From assembly GCA_017614315.1 (NCBI GenBank), contig JAGACA010000009.1, positions 99,290 to 163,289 of the forward strand: DNA of 64,000 nucleotides, read 5' to 3'. Of the stretch, positions 45,318 through 55,456 are shown piece after piece (within the stretch, counting starts at the first letter, position 1; each line of letters begins with the position of its first letter). Below the pieces are notes generated by a model. That model did not search any database and was not told the origin of the DNA. It was given only the letters and a program-made list of their open reading frames with translations. The position numbers and the translations under genes were made by a program. Source of the stretch: Clostridia bacterium (GTDB taxonomy: Bacteria > Bacillota > Clostridia > Christensenellales > CAG-138).

Positions 45318-45572
45318 TCATTTGATGCGGGTGTGCCTTCCGTCCTCGCGGGTCAGTATGCCCTCGCTTATCCTGTCTCGGCGGATGGTGCAGTAATCCT
45401 GATGCACCTCGGAGATAACGGCGTTGAGCCCCTTCTCCTCATACACCCTGCCGAGCACGCCGGACTCTCCACGCCGTTTGACGAGTGCCTGAAGGCCGTG
45501 TGCGAGTCCGCGGCAAAGCGGCTCGACGGTTTTGATCTTTCCGGCATCAAATAAAAATGCATCATCCTTCAA
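45318..45572 (-). CDS. hypothetical 84-aa protein (weak resemblance to a DeoR-like winged-helix C-terminus: TIRRD...GIL.R)
   Basis: Coding-like GC3 on the minus strand. Convergent with the ABC gene across a shared hairpin. No firm family call. Confidence 0.45.
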   Translation of the reverse strand: MKDDAFLFDAGKIKTVEPLCRGLAHGLQALVKRRGESGVLGRVYEEKGLNAVISEVHQDYCTIRRDRISEGILTREDGRHTRIK

Positions 45573-45691
45573 GGCCGCGTCATTAAGGCGCGGCCATATT
45601 TTATGAGTTGAACACGGATCGGATATGTGATAAACTTTTTATGGCGGTTCCATGCGGAGCCTAGCCATTAATAACAAAGGGGGGCGAAGTC

Positions 45692-46360
45692 ATGTTCGTT
45701 TTCTGGGGCGACGGTTCGCAGGAAGCAAAGGATCTTGTGGACGCCATCCGTGTAAGGAGCACGGAGAACTTCAACTGGACTTTCATATTCATACTCGCGG
45801 TCGTTTTCTACGTCTACTGGTCGGAGATCCACAAAAAGAATACCGAGGCCGTGTTAGCGGGGCTCGCGCTTTACGGCGTGCACTGGCTGTATGAGATCGC
45901 TAACGCCGTCATCGCCCGCATAGCGGGATATCCCCTGTGGTCGGTGTCTAACGATTCGACCACGTTCATACTCCTTATCGGCGTATGCTGGGAGCTTTCG
46001 ATGATGTTCTCCCTCGCCGGGATAATCTCGTTCAAGATGCTTCCGCAGGACAGGAGCAAGCGGTATTTCGCGAAGAACGGCAAACGCGGCATAAGCTGCA
46101 GGCTCGTCGGCGCGCTGGAGATGGCGCTCCTGTTCGCGCTGTTCGAGTCGTTCCTCGCGGGAACGAGCAATCATTCCTTCATCTGGGTGTATAAGTGGTG
46201 GGGCGTCATACCCGTGTTCATAACGACCTACGTCCCGTTCTTCCTCGCGAGCAATTACGTGCCCGACATGGAGCCCAAAAAGAGGCGCATATTCCTCATT
46301 ACGGAATGGGGCCTCGTCGTCGTGCTCCTCGCGGTGCTGATACCGCTCGGCGTGATCTGA
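45692..46360 (+). CDS. hypothetical polytopic membrane protein
   Basis: About six hydrophobic segments. I recognise no family. Confidence 0.6.
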   Translation: MFVFWGDGSQEAKDLVDAIRVRSTENFNWTFIFILAVVFYVYWSEIHKKNTEAVLAGLALYGVHWLYEIANAVIARIAGYPLWSVSNDSTTFILLIGVCWELSMMFSLAGIISFKMLPQDRSKRYFAKNGKRGISCRLVGALEMALLFALFESFLAGTSNHSFIWVYKWWGVIPVFITTYVPFFLASNYVPDMEPKKRRIFLITEWGLVVVLLAVLIPLGVI

Positions 46361-46426
46361 CGCGGCAGGCAACAGCGCGTTGCTTGAAGTCGGCGCGCTT
46401 TCGTATTAGAATCGGAAGCGGGAGGT

Positions 46427-47191
46427 ATGGATATGGAAACGAAGAACGTCATTTACGAATTGAGGACGAAGAACGGTCTTTCGCAGGACGAGCTTGCGGA
46501 AAAGGTCTTCGTTACGAGGCAGGCGGTGTCGCGCTGGGAAAACGGCGAGACGGTGCCCAACACCGAGACGCTCAAGCAGCTGTCGAGGTTTTTCAACGTG
46601 TCGATAAATACGCTGCTCGGCTCTCCGCGTACGCTCATATGCCAGTGCTGCGGCATGCCGCTCGAGGATGCGATCATCGGCAAAGACAAGGACGGCTCGC
46701 TTAACGAGGACTACTGCCAGTGGTGCTATGCCGACGGCACATACACCTACGCCGATATGGACGACCTGATCGAGGTCTGCGTGCCCCATATGGTTAGCGA
46801 GGGCTTTACCGAGGAGCAGGCGCGCGAGTTTTTGAAGCAGTCGCTGCCATCCCTCGATTACTGGAAAAACCGCGAGGGCATCGGGAGCGACGAGAGCTTC
46901 GAGACGCTCAAGAAGACGCTGATCGCCGAGATCAACGCGCTCGGCGTCGAGGGTATGCCGAAGCTCGAAAAGCTGAACGCGCTTGTCGGCAGGTTCGTCA
47001 ATCTCGAATACCCGCTCCCCGGGGGGATGAAGGCGAAGTTCCTCGACGACGGCGCGACGTACCTCGGCAATCAGCTTGAAGCCGGCGGGGACAAATGCTT
47101 CGGCGTGCTCGCAAACGCGGACTTCATACTGATCTGCACCTACGGCCGCGACGGCGCGGATCCCGAGCTCATCATGTACAAAAAGCGTTAA
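46427..47191 (+). CDS. XRE-family HTH regulator with central zinc-ribbon domain
   Basis: N-terminal LRTKNGLSQDELAEKVFVTRQAVSRWENGETVPN, then CQCCGMPL...YCQWCY (four Cys). Confidence 0.8.
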   Translation: MDMETKNVIYELRTKNGLSQDELAEKVFVTRQAVSRWENGETVPNTETLKQLSRFFNVSINTLLGSPRTLICQCCGMPLEDAIIGKDKDGSLNEDYCQWCYADGTYTYADMDDLIEVCVPHMVSEGFTEEQAREFLKQSLPSLDYWKNREGIGSDESFETLKKTLIAEINALGVEGMPKLEKLNALVGRFVNLEYPLPGGMKAKFLDDGATYLGNQLEAGGDKCFGVLANADFILICTYGRDGADPELIMYKKR

Positions 47192-47309
47192 GAAGCCGAC
47201 TCAAAGCCGCCCAACGGGGCGGCTTTTTTGTGCGCGCTTGATTTGCCCGCGGCGATATGATAAACTTGACCGGAAAAAGGGGGCTTCCCCCCGTGAAAGG
47301 TATTTTCGG

Positions 47310-48185
47310 ATGAAAGCGATCGAAACGAAGGGCCTTACCAAGTTTTACGGCAAGGCAAGGGGCGTCGAGAACGTCGATCTTTCCGTCGAGGAAGGCGAGA
47401 TATTCGGCTTTATAGGCCCCAACGGCGCGGGCAAGAGCACCACGATCCGCACGCTGCTCGGACTTATCGGAAAGAGCGGCGGCGAGGCGTCCGTGCTCGG
47501 CATGGATATAGAAAAGGATAAGGAGAAGATACTCCGCGAGGTCGGCTACCTCCCCTCCGAGGCGGCGTTTTACGGCGGCATGCGCGTGAGCGACGTGCTG
47601 GAGTTTTCGGCGAAGCTGCGCAAAAAGGACTGCCGCGAGGAGGCGAAGCGCCTTGCCTCGAGGCTCGATCTCGACCTTTCGAGGAAGGTCGGCGAGCTCT
47701 CTCTCGGCAACCGCAAGAAGGTCGGCATAGTCGCCGCTATGCAGCACAGACCGCGCCTTTACATACTCGACGAGCCCACGAGCGGCCTCGATCCCCTGAT
47801 ACAGAGGGAGTTTTTCGACCTTCTCGGCGAGCGCAGCGCGGAGGGCGCGACGGTGTTCCTCTCCTCGCACGTCTTAACGGAGATCGGCCGTCACTGCGCC
47901 CGCGCGGGGATCCTCAGGGAGGGCCGGCTCATCAGGGAGGACAGCGTCGACAGGCTCGTCGGTACCGGCGTAAAGCGCGTCACGCTGAGCGGCGCTTCGG
48001 CGCTTCCCGAGCTTGACGGCATAAAGGACCTTAAGGTCGCCGGCGCTTCCGCGAGCTTCCTTTACAGCGGCCGTCCCGACGAGCTCGTGAGGGCGCTCGC
48101 GAAGCTCGAGTTCACCGATATGACGTTGACCGATCCCGATATCGAGGACGTCTTCATGCACTATTACGCGAAGGAGGGCGAATGA
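47310..48185 (+). CDS. ABC transporter ATP-binding protein (ABC-2/DrrA-like subfamily)
   Basis: Start at MKAIETKGLTKFYG. GPNGAGKST, LSLGNRKK signature variant, LYILDEPTSGLD. Confidence 0.85.
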   Translation: MKAIETKGLTKFYGKARGVENVDLSVEEGEIFGFIGPNGAGKSTTIRTLLGLIGKSGGEASVLGMDIEKDKEKILREVGYLPSEAAFYGGMRVSDVLEFSAKLRKKDCREEAKRLASRLDLDLSRKVGELSLGNRKKVGIVAAMQHRPRLYILDEPTSGLDPLIQREFFDLLGERSAEGATVFLSSHVLTEIGRHCARAGILREGRLIREDSVDRLVGTGVKRVTLSGASALPELDGIKDLKVAGASASFLYSGRPDELVRALAKLEFTDMTLTDPDIEDVFMHYYAKEGE

Positions 48186-48186
48186 T

Positions 48187-48975
48187 ATGACCTTGTTCCT
48201 TCATGAGCTCAAAAGGGATCGCGTAAAGCTGATCGTGTGGACGGCGGTGATAACCTTCATGCTCTCCGTCAGCATATTCATCTATCCGCAGATGACCTCC
48301 CAGATGGGCGAAATGGGCGAAATGTTCTCCGAAATGGGCGGCTTTTCCGAAGCGTTCAATATGGATAAGATCAACTTCGGCGAGTTCAGCGGCTACTTCG
48401 CCGTGGAATGCGGCAACGTGCTGGGGCTCGGCGGCGGCTTCTTCGCGGCGCTGCTCGGCATTGCCGCCCTCGCAAAGGAGGAGCGCGAGCACACCGCGGA
48501 GTTCCTGCTCACGCATCCCGTCTCCCGCACGTACGTTGTCGCGTGGAAGCTCGCGGCGGTGATCGCGGAGGTGCTCATACTGAATATCGCAGTCGCGCTC
48601 TGCGCGCTCCTTTCCTCCCTTGCGATCGGCGAAAAGCTTGACGCAAAGCTCTTCTTCAACGTGTTCCTCGGCTATTTTATAATGCAGACCGAGATCGCGT
48701 GCGTGATGTTCGGCCTCTCCGCGTTCCTCCGCGGTAACGGCCTCGGCGTCGGCCTCGGCGCGGCGTTCGCGCTCTATTTCATGAACATAATCGCGAACCT
48801 CACCGACGATGCGGAGTTTTTGAGGTACATCACCCCGTTCTCCTACGCGGACGGCACGGCGATAGTCGCGAACGGCGGTATCGAGGTGAAATACATGATA
48901 CCCGGAATTGCGTTCGCGCTGATCGGCGCCGCGGCGGCGTTCGTAAAGTATGGCCGCAAGGATATAAGAGCGTAA
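48187..48975 (+). CDS. ABC-2 family transporter permease
   Basis: Six-TM protein immediately after the ATPase. Confidence 0.75.
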   Translation: MTLFLHELKRDRVKLIVWTAVITFMLSVSIFIYPQMTSQMGEMGEMFSEMGGFSEAFNMDKINFGEFSGYFAVECGNVLGLGGGFFAALLGIAALAKEEREHTAEFLLTHPVSRTYVVAWKLAAVIAEVLILNIAVALCALLSSLAIGEKLDAKLFFNVFLGYFIMQTEIACVMFGLSAFLRGNGLGVGLGAAFALYFMNIIANLTDDAEFLRYITPFSYADGTAIVANGGIEVKYMIPGIAFALIGAAAAFVKYGRKDIRA

Positions 48976-49026
48976 CGGACATAATAAAAGGGCATGGCGC
49001 TTTGCGCCATGCCCGGTTTTTATTCA

Positions 49027-50553
49027 TTATTTATCTTCAAATGTCTTCTTCGCTTCGTAATACGGTATGTCCGCCTCGTACCATTCGACATGGCGGATCG
49101 AGGATCTCATATCCCTGTACGCCTCCTCGGCGCGCGTCTTCACGCCGCCCGTCGCCTCCTCGGCGAGGCGCTTCAATTCAGGCGCGGACGACCAGCCGAG
49201 ATCGTGCCGCAAGTAATCGACGTCTATGCTGTCGTGCTTGCCGCTCAGATACGAATCCACGTTGTACTTCGCGATGACGCGGTTGGTGTTCACGAGCGAG
49301 TACGCCGCGAAGAACAGCACCGCTGCCGCGACGACCACGGGCAGTACCTTGACCTTTTTGAATATCGCCGAGATGATGACCGTTATGAATATCACGGCGA
49401 GGAACACCATGAACGCGGTTGTGAAGAGGCGCAGCCTCGTCAGGTCGTACGTGTCGATATAGAGCAGCATCTTTGCGACAGCCGTGGCGATGAGAACGAG
49501 CGTCGCCGCGGAGAGCGTTATCATGAGTATCCGCTTTATCGCGCCCGTCGCCTTCGTGGTCTCCTTCATGAAGCAGCCCGCGAGCGCGATCATGACAAGG
49601 TTTATAAGCGTAACGGCCAGGAGCTGGAAGAAGCCCTCCCTCGCGTACTCCGCCGCGGAATAGTTCTCGGGCAGGGTGTGGGTGAACGCGCTGACGTAAT
49701 ACCCCCACTGGGAGATGAAGAACAGCGCATACACGATGAGCAGCGCGGCTATCGGCATGATCACGAGTATCGGCGCGACGACCTTTACCTTCGAGCCGAC
49801 CCTATTCACGCTTTCGGCCTCCGACAGCTTGGGGAACTTCCGTTTCAAGGAGCTCATCACCGCGCCGAAAAGCATCGCCGCGATCGGTATCGCGCAGCCG
49901 ATCTTGAATACGATCTCGAACACGTCCTCAAGATCGATATTCGGGAGGAGCGCCTTGAAATGGCTGTCGTACGAAAGCAGCGCCGCGACTGCGACCACGA
50001 CCGCCGCCGTTATGAGAACGCCGCCGAGCACGAGGAGCCCTGTATGCCTTCTCTTTTTCGCGCCTCTCGGCTTAAATATCGCTGCGAAGAACTCATGGAA
50101 CGAGGCGAAGAGGTACGTTATCCCCTTGACGAGGTCGAGGAGCAGTCCTCCGCCCATGCTCCTCGAATGGTTGGAGAAGAGCGTTACGGAATAATACGCG
50201 TAAAGGAGCGCTTCGATCACGATTATCGGGAACAGGTCGAAATCGGCGTAGCCGTGGATCATCCTGTAAAGCGCGCCGATGACGGCGAGCACGAGCGCCG
50301 CGAACGAGAACGCGTCGGGCTTCGCGCCTAAAAGCAGCGCCGCTGCGGTCGTCGCCGCATAGATCGAAACGATGAGTATCAGCGATCCCAGCGGATTCAG
50401 CATTATCGGGAAAATCTCGACGAGAAGGTACGCCGCGGCGAGCATGGCGAGCGCGAATACGAGCCCTATTATCCCCTCCCGCGTTATGCCGGCGTTCTCC
50501 GTTTCCGGGGAAAGCTCCGGGACTTCTTTTGCGATCGGATCGTTTATTTCCAT
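49027..50553 (-). CDS. large polytopic membrane protein (DUF4153/DUF4173-like)
   Basis: More than 10 TM segments plus a conserved soluble C-terminus (AKYNVDSYLSGKHDSIDVDYLRHDLG). The family name is from memory. Confidence 0.6.
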   Translation of the reverse strand: MEINDPIAKEVPELSPETENAGITREGIIGLVFALAMLAAAYLLVEIFPIMLNPLGSLILIVSIYAATTAAALLLGAKPDAFSFAALVLAVIGALYRMIHGYADFDLFPIIVIEALLYAYYSVTLFSNHSRSMGGGLLLDLVKGITYLFASFHEFFAAIFKPRGAKKRRHTGLLVLGGVLITAAVVVAVAALLSYDSHFKALLPNIDLEDVFEIVFKIGCAIPIAAMLFGAVMSSLKRKFPKLSEAESVNRVGSKVKVVAPILVIMPIAALLIVYALFFISQWGYYVSAFTHTLPENYSAAEYAREGFFQLLAVTLINLVMIALAGCFMKETTKATGAIKRILMITLSAATLVLIATAVAKMLLYIDTYDLTRLRLFTTAFMVFLAVIFITVIISAIFKKVKVLPVVVAAAVLFFAAYSLVNTNRVIAKYNVDSYLSGKHDSIDVDYLRHDLGWSSAPELKRLAEEATGGVKTRAEEAYRDMRSSIRHVEWYEADIPYYEAKKTFEDK

Positions 50554-50746
50554 GAAAAAGGTCTTCCTTTCTTGATCGTCACGGATATGATAACACCCAT
50601 CTTCGGATTTGTCAACAACAATTTATCGTAAAACGACAAAAAATTTTTGCACTATCATGTATGGACGGGCTTCAGAACGAAGCCGTTTGCATTCGGGGCG
50701 AAAAGATGATATGCTTATCACGATAATGATCCCGGAGGATAATATA

Positions 50747-51184
50747 ATGATACGTTTGATCGGCGTCACGCCCGACAACTGGCGGACGGAACTTGCGGTA
50801 AACAAGGATCAGGAGAGATTCGTCGCGAACAGAACGGTGCTCCTCGCGAGGGCGTACGCCTACCGCGATCTCGGCAGCCGCGCGTTCATCATCTGCAGCG
50901 ACGATACCCCCGTCGGCATGGCGCTTTATTATACCGATCCCGAATACGGTGAGTACGAATTCTCGCAGTTCTTCATCGACAGGCGGTATCAGGGCAGGGG
51001 CTTCGGCTATGAGGCGGCGAAGCGGATACTCGATCTCATGCGGGAGGACGGCAGGTTCGACAGGGTCTCGCTCTGCTATATCGACGGCGACGAGGCGGCG
51101 AGGAAGCTTTACGAGAAGCTCGGCTTCCGCCATACCGGCGAGGTCGAGGACGACGAGGTCATGATGGAGCTCATGCTCCGTTAA
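50747..51184 (+). CDS. GNAT family N-acetyltransferase
   Basis: GGAGG RBS before MIRLIGVTPDNW. Acetyl-CoA motif RRYQGRGFGYEAAK...YEKLGF. Confidence 0.8.
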   Translation: MIRLIGVTPDNWRTELAVNKDQERFVANRTVLLARAYAYRDLGSRAFIICSDDTPVGMALYYTDPEYGEYEFSQFFIDRRYQGRGFGYEAAKRILDLMREDGRFDRVSLCYIDGDEAARKLYEKLGFRHTGEVEDDEVMMELMLR

Positions 51185-51354
51185 CGGAAACGTACTGCGC
51201 CGCGTATTTTGCGGCGCTTTTTTGAAACGGGACGCGTTTGTTTTTCGACCGCCCGAAAACGCATTTCACCCGCGGATTTCTGCCGCTTGGGCGAGATCCG
51301 ATGACAGACGGCGCAAAACGTGTTATGCTTTCAGCGTCGAAAGGAGGTTCACTT

Positions 51355-51783
51355 ATGAAGGTTGAGATCAAACAGACGCCGGACGCGGCCGAGCCCTATG
51401 CGGTGATATACTGCGGTATGATCGACGACGCCGTGCTCGCCGCCGCGGAGGCGCTGCGGCGCGAAGGTGACGTCATCACGGCTTACGATAACGGACGGAT
51501 AATCGTCATCAAAAGGGAGGATCTTTTCATGATCCGCACGGACGACGGACGCACAAGGCTTTATACCGAAAAGGCGTCGTACGAGTCCGCGAAGCCCCTG
51601 CGCGAATTCGAATCGCTTTCCGGATTCATGCGGATATCGAAATTCTGCGTGATAAACCTTGACAGGATCAAGTGCTTTGAGCCTATGTTCTCCGGCGCCA
51701 TGCAGGTGACCATGAAGAACGGGCTCTCAGAATCCATCTCGAGAAAATACCTGCCCGATATGAAGAGATATCTCGGGCTCTGA
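51355..51783 (+). CDS. LytTR-domain DNA-binding protein
   Basis: AGGAGG RBS. C-terminal FMRISKFCVINLDRIKCFEP......V.M.NG....ISRKY is a typical LytTR domain. Confidence 0.8.
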   Translation: MKVEIKQTPDAAEPYAVIYCGMIDDAVLAAAEALRREGDVITAYDNGRIIVIKREDLFMIRTDDGRTRLYTEKASYESAKPLREFESLSGFMRISKFCVINLDRIKCFEPMFSGAMQVTMKNGLSESISRKYLPDMKRYLGL

Positions 51784-51799
51784 CAGGAGGAATGATATT

Positions 51800-52219
51800 A
51801 TGAAAAAAGTTCTTAAAGCAGCATGGAAGGGCATTTCCGTTTCCGCGGTGATATTCGTCGTATCCTGCATGATCCGGGGCTTTGGCGACGGAGCCGAAAA
51901 GTTTTCAAGCGGCACCGGCATGGGTTATCTGTGTCTCGCTGCGATCGCGATAGGCATAGGCTTCGGCGTCCCCTCGCTGATCTATAACACCGACCTGCCC
52001 ACCGGGCTCAAGGTGCTGATCCACATGGGGATCGGCATAACTGTGATGCTCGCTGTCTCCGTTGCGGTCGGGCTCATCGACTTCTCCCGCGGCTTTACAG
52101 CATGCCTCATCGTCGCGGGCGTCCAGATCGCCGTCGCATTCACCGTATGGGCGCTCTCCTGCGTGCGCGTGCGCAGGCTCGCGAAGGAAATGAACGGCAG
52201 GATCGCGGAAAAAAAGTGA
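51800..52219 (+). CDS. DUF3021-type small membrane protein (usual LytTR partner)
   Basis: Four-TM, 139-aa protein directly downstream of the LytTR gene. Confidence 0.65.
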   Translation: MKKVLKAAWKGISVSAVIFVVSCMIRGFGDGAEKFSSGTGMGYLCLAAIAIGIGFGVPSLIYNTDLPTGLKVLIHMGIGITVMLAVSVAVGLIDFSRGFTACLIVAGVQIAVAFTVWALSCVRVRRLAKEMNGRIAEKK

Positions 52220-52270
52220 TCCGCGCATATGAAAACCCCCGGGATATCCCGGGGGTTTTGTTGTCGGTTT

Positions 52271-53542
52271 TTAAGCGAGGCCGTCGGGACAGGGCTTGCC
52301 CTCGCGGCGCATATGGTCGAAGTACAGCTCCTCGGTCGCGAGCGCCATCTTCGTGACGGAGAAATCCCTTCCCTCGGGATAGATATACCAGGTGTCCTCA
52401 AGGGTGTTGAGATCGACGCAGTCGCCGTGCTTGCCGAGATAGTCGTATTCGATATGGCAGGAATAGAGCGACGGGACGGACTTCTCCATAAGGAAGGGAT
52501 CGCCGTCGACGTCCGTTCCCTCCACGCGGAAGCCGTTCATGTCGTGCACCATGACGCCCTCGCCGAGGCGGATGAACTTTTTCGCGTTCGGGAGCGAATC
52601 GACCGTGACCTTGAGCCTGCCCGAGGAATAGGTCCCGTTTTCGACCTCCCTCTTAACGTTCGCTCTCTCCCACTCGTACCAGTCGGGGATATGCGAAAAC
52701 TCCGTTTCGCCCTCCTTTGCCCGAAGCTCGCCGAGCTCGGTCATCTCCCAGCGCTTGCCGCAGGCGGAGCAGAATATCTCCGAGCCCTCCGAACCCATCT
52801 TGAACTCCGCGCCGCAGGCGGGACACTGATAAAGCACCTTGTGCAGCCCCTCCGCGCGCTTGGGATACGGCGTAAGTATGCCGCGCTCCTTCTGCCACGC
52901 GAAATCGTCGTACTTAAACGCCTCGACGAGCTTTTCGTTTATCTCGTCGGCGGAGAGCTTTTTAAGCTCCTCGGGCGTAAACAGAAGCGTCATCTCCGCC
53001 TCGGTCGGCTTGACCTTGCGGGGATGGAGGTTCCAGAACGGGGAATTGACGTGATGTCCGTGGCAGATGAGCGTCACGACCGGCACGCCGAAGAGCTTGC
53101 ACATCTTGCCGAGGGATCTCGGCAGCACCGCCGTGGTTCCGCAGAGCGAATACCGCGCCTCGGGGTAGATGACCGCGACGTCGCCGTGATCGAGCGTCTT
53201 TTTGAGATTGCGGACGAGCGTCATGTCGTTCGTGAACTTGCGTTTGCAGATGCAGCCTACGTCGCGCAGGAGCTTTTCCCTGCCGATGAAGCCGTCTATC
53301 GCCACGACGTAGTTCGCTCTTGACGGCCATATGGCCTTCGTCGCCGCCTTGAAATCGAAAAAGGCGTTGTGATTGCATAGCAGTATGTACGGAGGCTTGA
53401 GCCCATCCGTCCCCTTTTTCGTGAGCTTCATGCGGTGCGCGATGACCTCGGGAAGGCTTATGAGTATCGTCACGGGGTGAAGATACCATTTCGTCCTCGA
53501 AGGGGGCTTCGTCATGTCGAATCTTTCAAAGCTTTCCTTCAT
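52271..53542 (-). CDS. PlsC-family lysophospholipid acyltransferase with internal zinc-ribbon
   Basis: HX4D motif (CNHNAFFD), EARYS block, then CPACG...CSACG ribbon. Confidence 0.7.
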   Translation of the reverse strand: MKESFERFDMTKPPSRTKWYLHPVTILISLPEVIAHRMKLTKKGTDGLKPPYILLCNHNAFFDFKAATKAIWPSRANYVVAIDGFIGREKLLRDVGCICKRKFTNDMTLVRNLKKTLDHGDVAVIYPEARYSLCGTTAVLPRSLGKMCKLFGVPVVTLICHGHHVNSPFWNLHPRKVKPTEAEMTLLFTPEELKKLSADEINEKLVEAFKYDDFAWQKERGILTPYPKRAEGLHKVLYQCPACGAEFKMGSEGSEIFCSACGKRWEMTELGELRAKEGETEFSHIPDWYEWERANVKREVENGTYSSGRLKVTVDSLPNAKKFIRLGEGVMVHDMNGFRVEGTDVDGDPFLMEKSVPSLYSCHIEYDYLGKHGDCVDLNTLEDTWYIYPEGRDFSVTKMALATEELYFDHMRREGKPCPDGLA

Positions 53543-53543
53543 A

Positions 53544-54869
53544 TCATTTCCGTCTTTCGTTCCTGCGTTCCCTGTGTTTTTTCCAAACCGTCCACATGCG
53601 GAAGCCCGTGGAGACGAGAAGCACGCCTATCGCGACGGCGCCGGCGATATATGCGGTCGCCAACCCCTTCTGATATGCTTCGGCGGTCATGCCGCGCCTT
53701 ATGAAATCGGTAGTGTAATATATCCCGGCTCCGGGGATCAGCGGCACCAGCGCGCAGAGCAGATAGCTCGTCGCGGGGAATTTGCGTATCCTCGCCATAA
53801 CCTCGGCATAGAACGACGAGGCCGCCGCGGCTATGAGATAGCAGGCGGGCTCGGGGAGCCCCGCCTTCATGAGCAGGGAGCAGACGAGCCACGAGATGAC
53901 GCTGCCGAAAAGCGCAAAGGGTATCCCGCGGCCGTGCATATCGAACATCAGCCCGAAGCCGAGCGTGCCTATGAGCCCCGCTATGCACTGGAACCACAGG
54001 GGGTGGTCGATGGGCGCGAGGCCGCTGACTATCGCGGGGAATATGAGCCTTGCGACGTACACCGCGGCGCTCGTGCCGATAACGAGCGCGACAGCGATTA
54101 TCAATACCTGCACGAGGCGGTTGACGCCGCTCATCGTGTCGCCGTATATGACGTCCCTCAAGCTGTTGGTGAACAGGAAGCCCGGGACGAGTATCATCAG
54201 CGCGCCGATGGTCACGATATCGGCGTTTTCTCCGAAGCCGGCCGCGGCGGCGGCGTTTGCGATAAAGGCGAGTATGAAGCTGCACAGGAACGATTTGAAG
54301 AACGCGTTCGCGTGCAGACGGTCGCTGAACCTCAATACCGCGCAGGTCGCGAGCCCGCATACGCCCGCGGCGGCGGCGTCGAACCACGAGCCGCCGAAAA
54401 ACAGCGCGAAGCCGAAGCCGATCAGGAACGCCGCGAGGAAGTGTATGACCGTCTTATAGCTGCGGACGCTCTTTTCAGTCTCGCGGAGCCATTTCTCCGC
54501 CGTTGCCATATCGGGCTTTTCGGCGCAGATCTTACGGCAGAGCGCGGAATACTTTTCGATCCCGTCGAGCATGGTGCTCCCGCCGTCGAGGCGGCGCATC
54601 TTGGTGATCGCGGGGCCGTCCTCCGGATCGAGCGTGGCGATTATGCAGTTGGGTATGACGAAAGCGTCGACCTTCTTCACGCCGTAGGCCGATATGATGC
54701 GGTTTATGGAATCCTCCACGCGGTAAGTCTCCGCGCCGCAGGACTGGAGCTTGTACGCGAGCTTTACGGCGAACTCCAAGAGCTCCCCGTAAAACCTGCT
54801 GTCGCGGCTCTCCGCCTCCGTGGGAAGCAGTCTGACCGCCTCTTTGATCTGTTTCTGCTTCTTCTTCAT
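53544..54869 (-). CDS. threonine/serine exporter family protein (ThrE, fused DUF1212 plus DUF3815 halves)
   Basis: N-terminal soluble segment (LQSCGAETYRVEDSINRI) followed by about 10 TM segments. Confidence 0.7.
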   Translation of the reverse strand: MKKKQKQIKEAVRLLPTEAESRDSRFYGELLEFAVKLAYKLQSCGAETYRVEDSINRIISAYGVKKVDAFVIPNCIIATLDPEDGPAITKMRRLDGGSTMLDGIEKYSALCRKICAEKPDMATAEKWLRETEKSVRSYKTVIHFLAAFLIGFGFALFFGGSWFDAAAAGVCGLATCAVLRFSDRLHANAFFKSFLCSFILAFIANAAAAAGFGENADIVTIGALMILVPGFLFTNSLRDVIYGDTMSGVNRLVQVLIIAVALVIGTSAAVYVARLIFPAIVSGLAPIDHPLWFQCIAGLIGTLGFGLMFDMHGRGIPFALFGSVISWLVCSLLMKAGLPEPACYLIAAAASSFYAEVMARIRKFPATSYLLCALVPLIPGAGIYYTTDFIRRGMTAEAYQKGLATAYIAGAVAIGVLLVSTGFRMWTVWKKHRERRNERRK

Positions 54870-54881
54870 TCTTTATCCGTG

Positions 54882-55442
54882 TCAGTTGTTTATGAACTCC
54901 CTGAACGCGTTCTCGGGAGCGTCGCCGCTGCCGCCGATTATAAGCACGGCGTACCTGCCCTCGGTGAATATTACCGCCTTTTCAAGCTCGGGAACGAACT
55001 GCGGTTCGTAGGTCGAGTAAAGCGCGATCCTCTTTTCGACGTGCCTGCGGAGCGACGCCTCGGCGGCCTCCGCGTCGGCGGGGTCGACGAGCGCGATGAC
55101 GACTATTTCCGCAGCACTGGTCTTTCCGTCGGGAGCGTAAAGTATAAAGAACGTCTCGACCTTACCGTACTCGAGATCCGAAACGAACGAAAACTCGTCC
55201 TCGGCATTCGGGTCGCTTTTCGACGCGTAGGCGAGGGTGTTCCCATCCGGCATCGTTTCGCGCATGCGCTCCGCAAGGTCGAACATGCTGACCGCGGGCT
55301 TGCCCTCGGTCTCGGTCGGCGCGGGCGCGTCGGTCGGCGCCGGGGTCGGCGCGGCCGTGGGCTCGGGCTCCGGCGCGGGCTTCGCGCAGGCGGCAAGCCC
55401 CGCGGCAATGATGATCAGAATGACTGCAAGCGTTCTTTTCAT
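54882..55442 (-). CDS. DUF4358-like lipoprotein
   Basis: Start at MKRTLAVILIIIAAGLAACAK (lipobox), P/T/A-rich linker, C-terminal ...YEPQFVPELEKAVIFTEGRYAVLII. The family name is from memory. Confidence 0.6.
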   Translation of the reverse strand: MKRTLAVILIIIAAGLAACAKPAPEPEPTAAPTPAPTDAPAPTETEGKPAVSMFDLAERMRETMPDGNTLAYASKSDPNAEDEFSFVSDLEYGKVETFFILYAPDGKTSAAEIVVIALVDPADAEAAEASLRRHVEKRIALYSTYEPQFVPELEKAVIFTEGRYAVLIIGGSGDAPENAFREFINN

Positions 55443-55456
55443 TTCAAACACCGTCA

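Noticed and set aside
45333-45554. 73-aa plus-strand ORF overlapping the 84-aa minus-strand ORF.
   Set aside because: The minus-strand frame has the more coding-like third-position GC bias and sensible start/terminator context. The plus-strand frame was judged to be the shadow. Both calls are low confidence.
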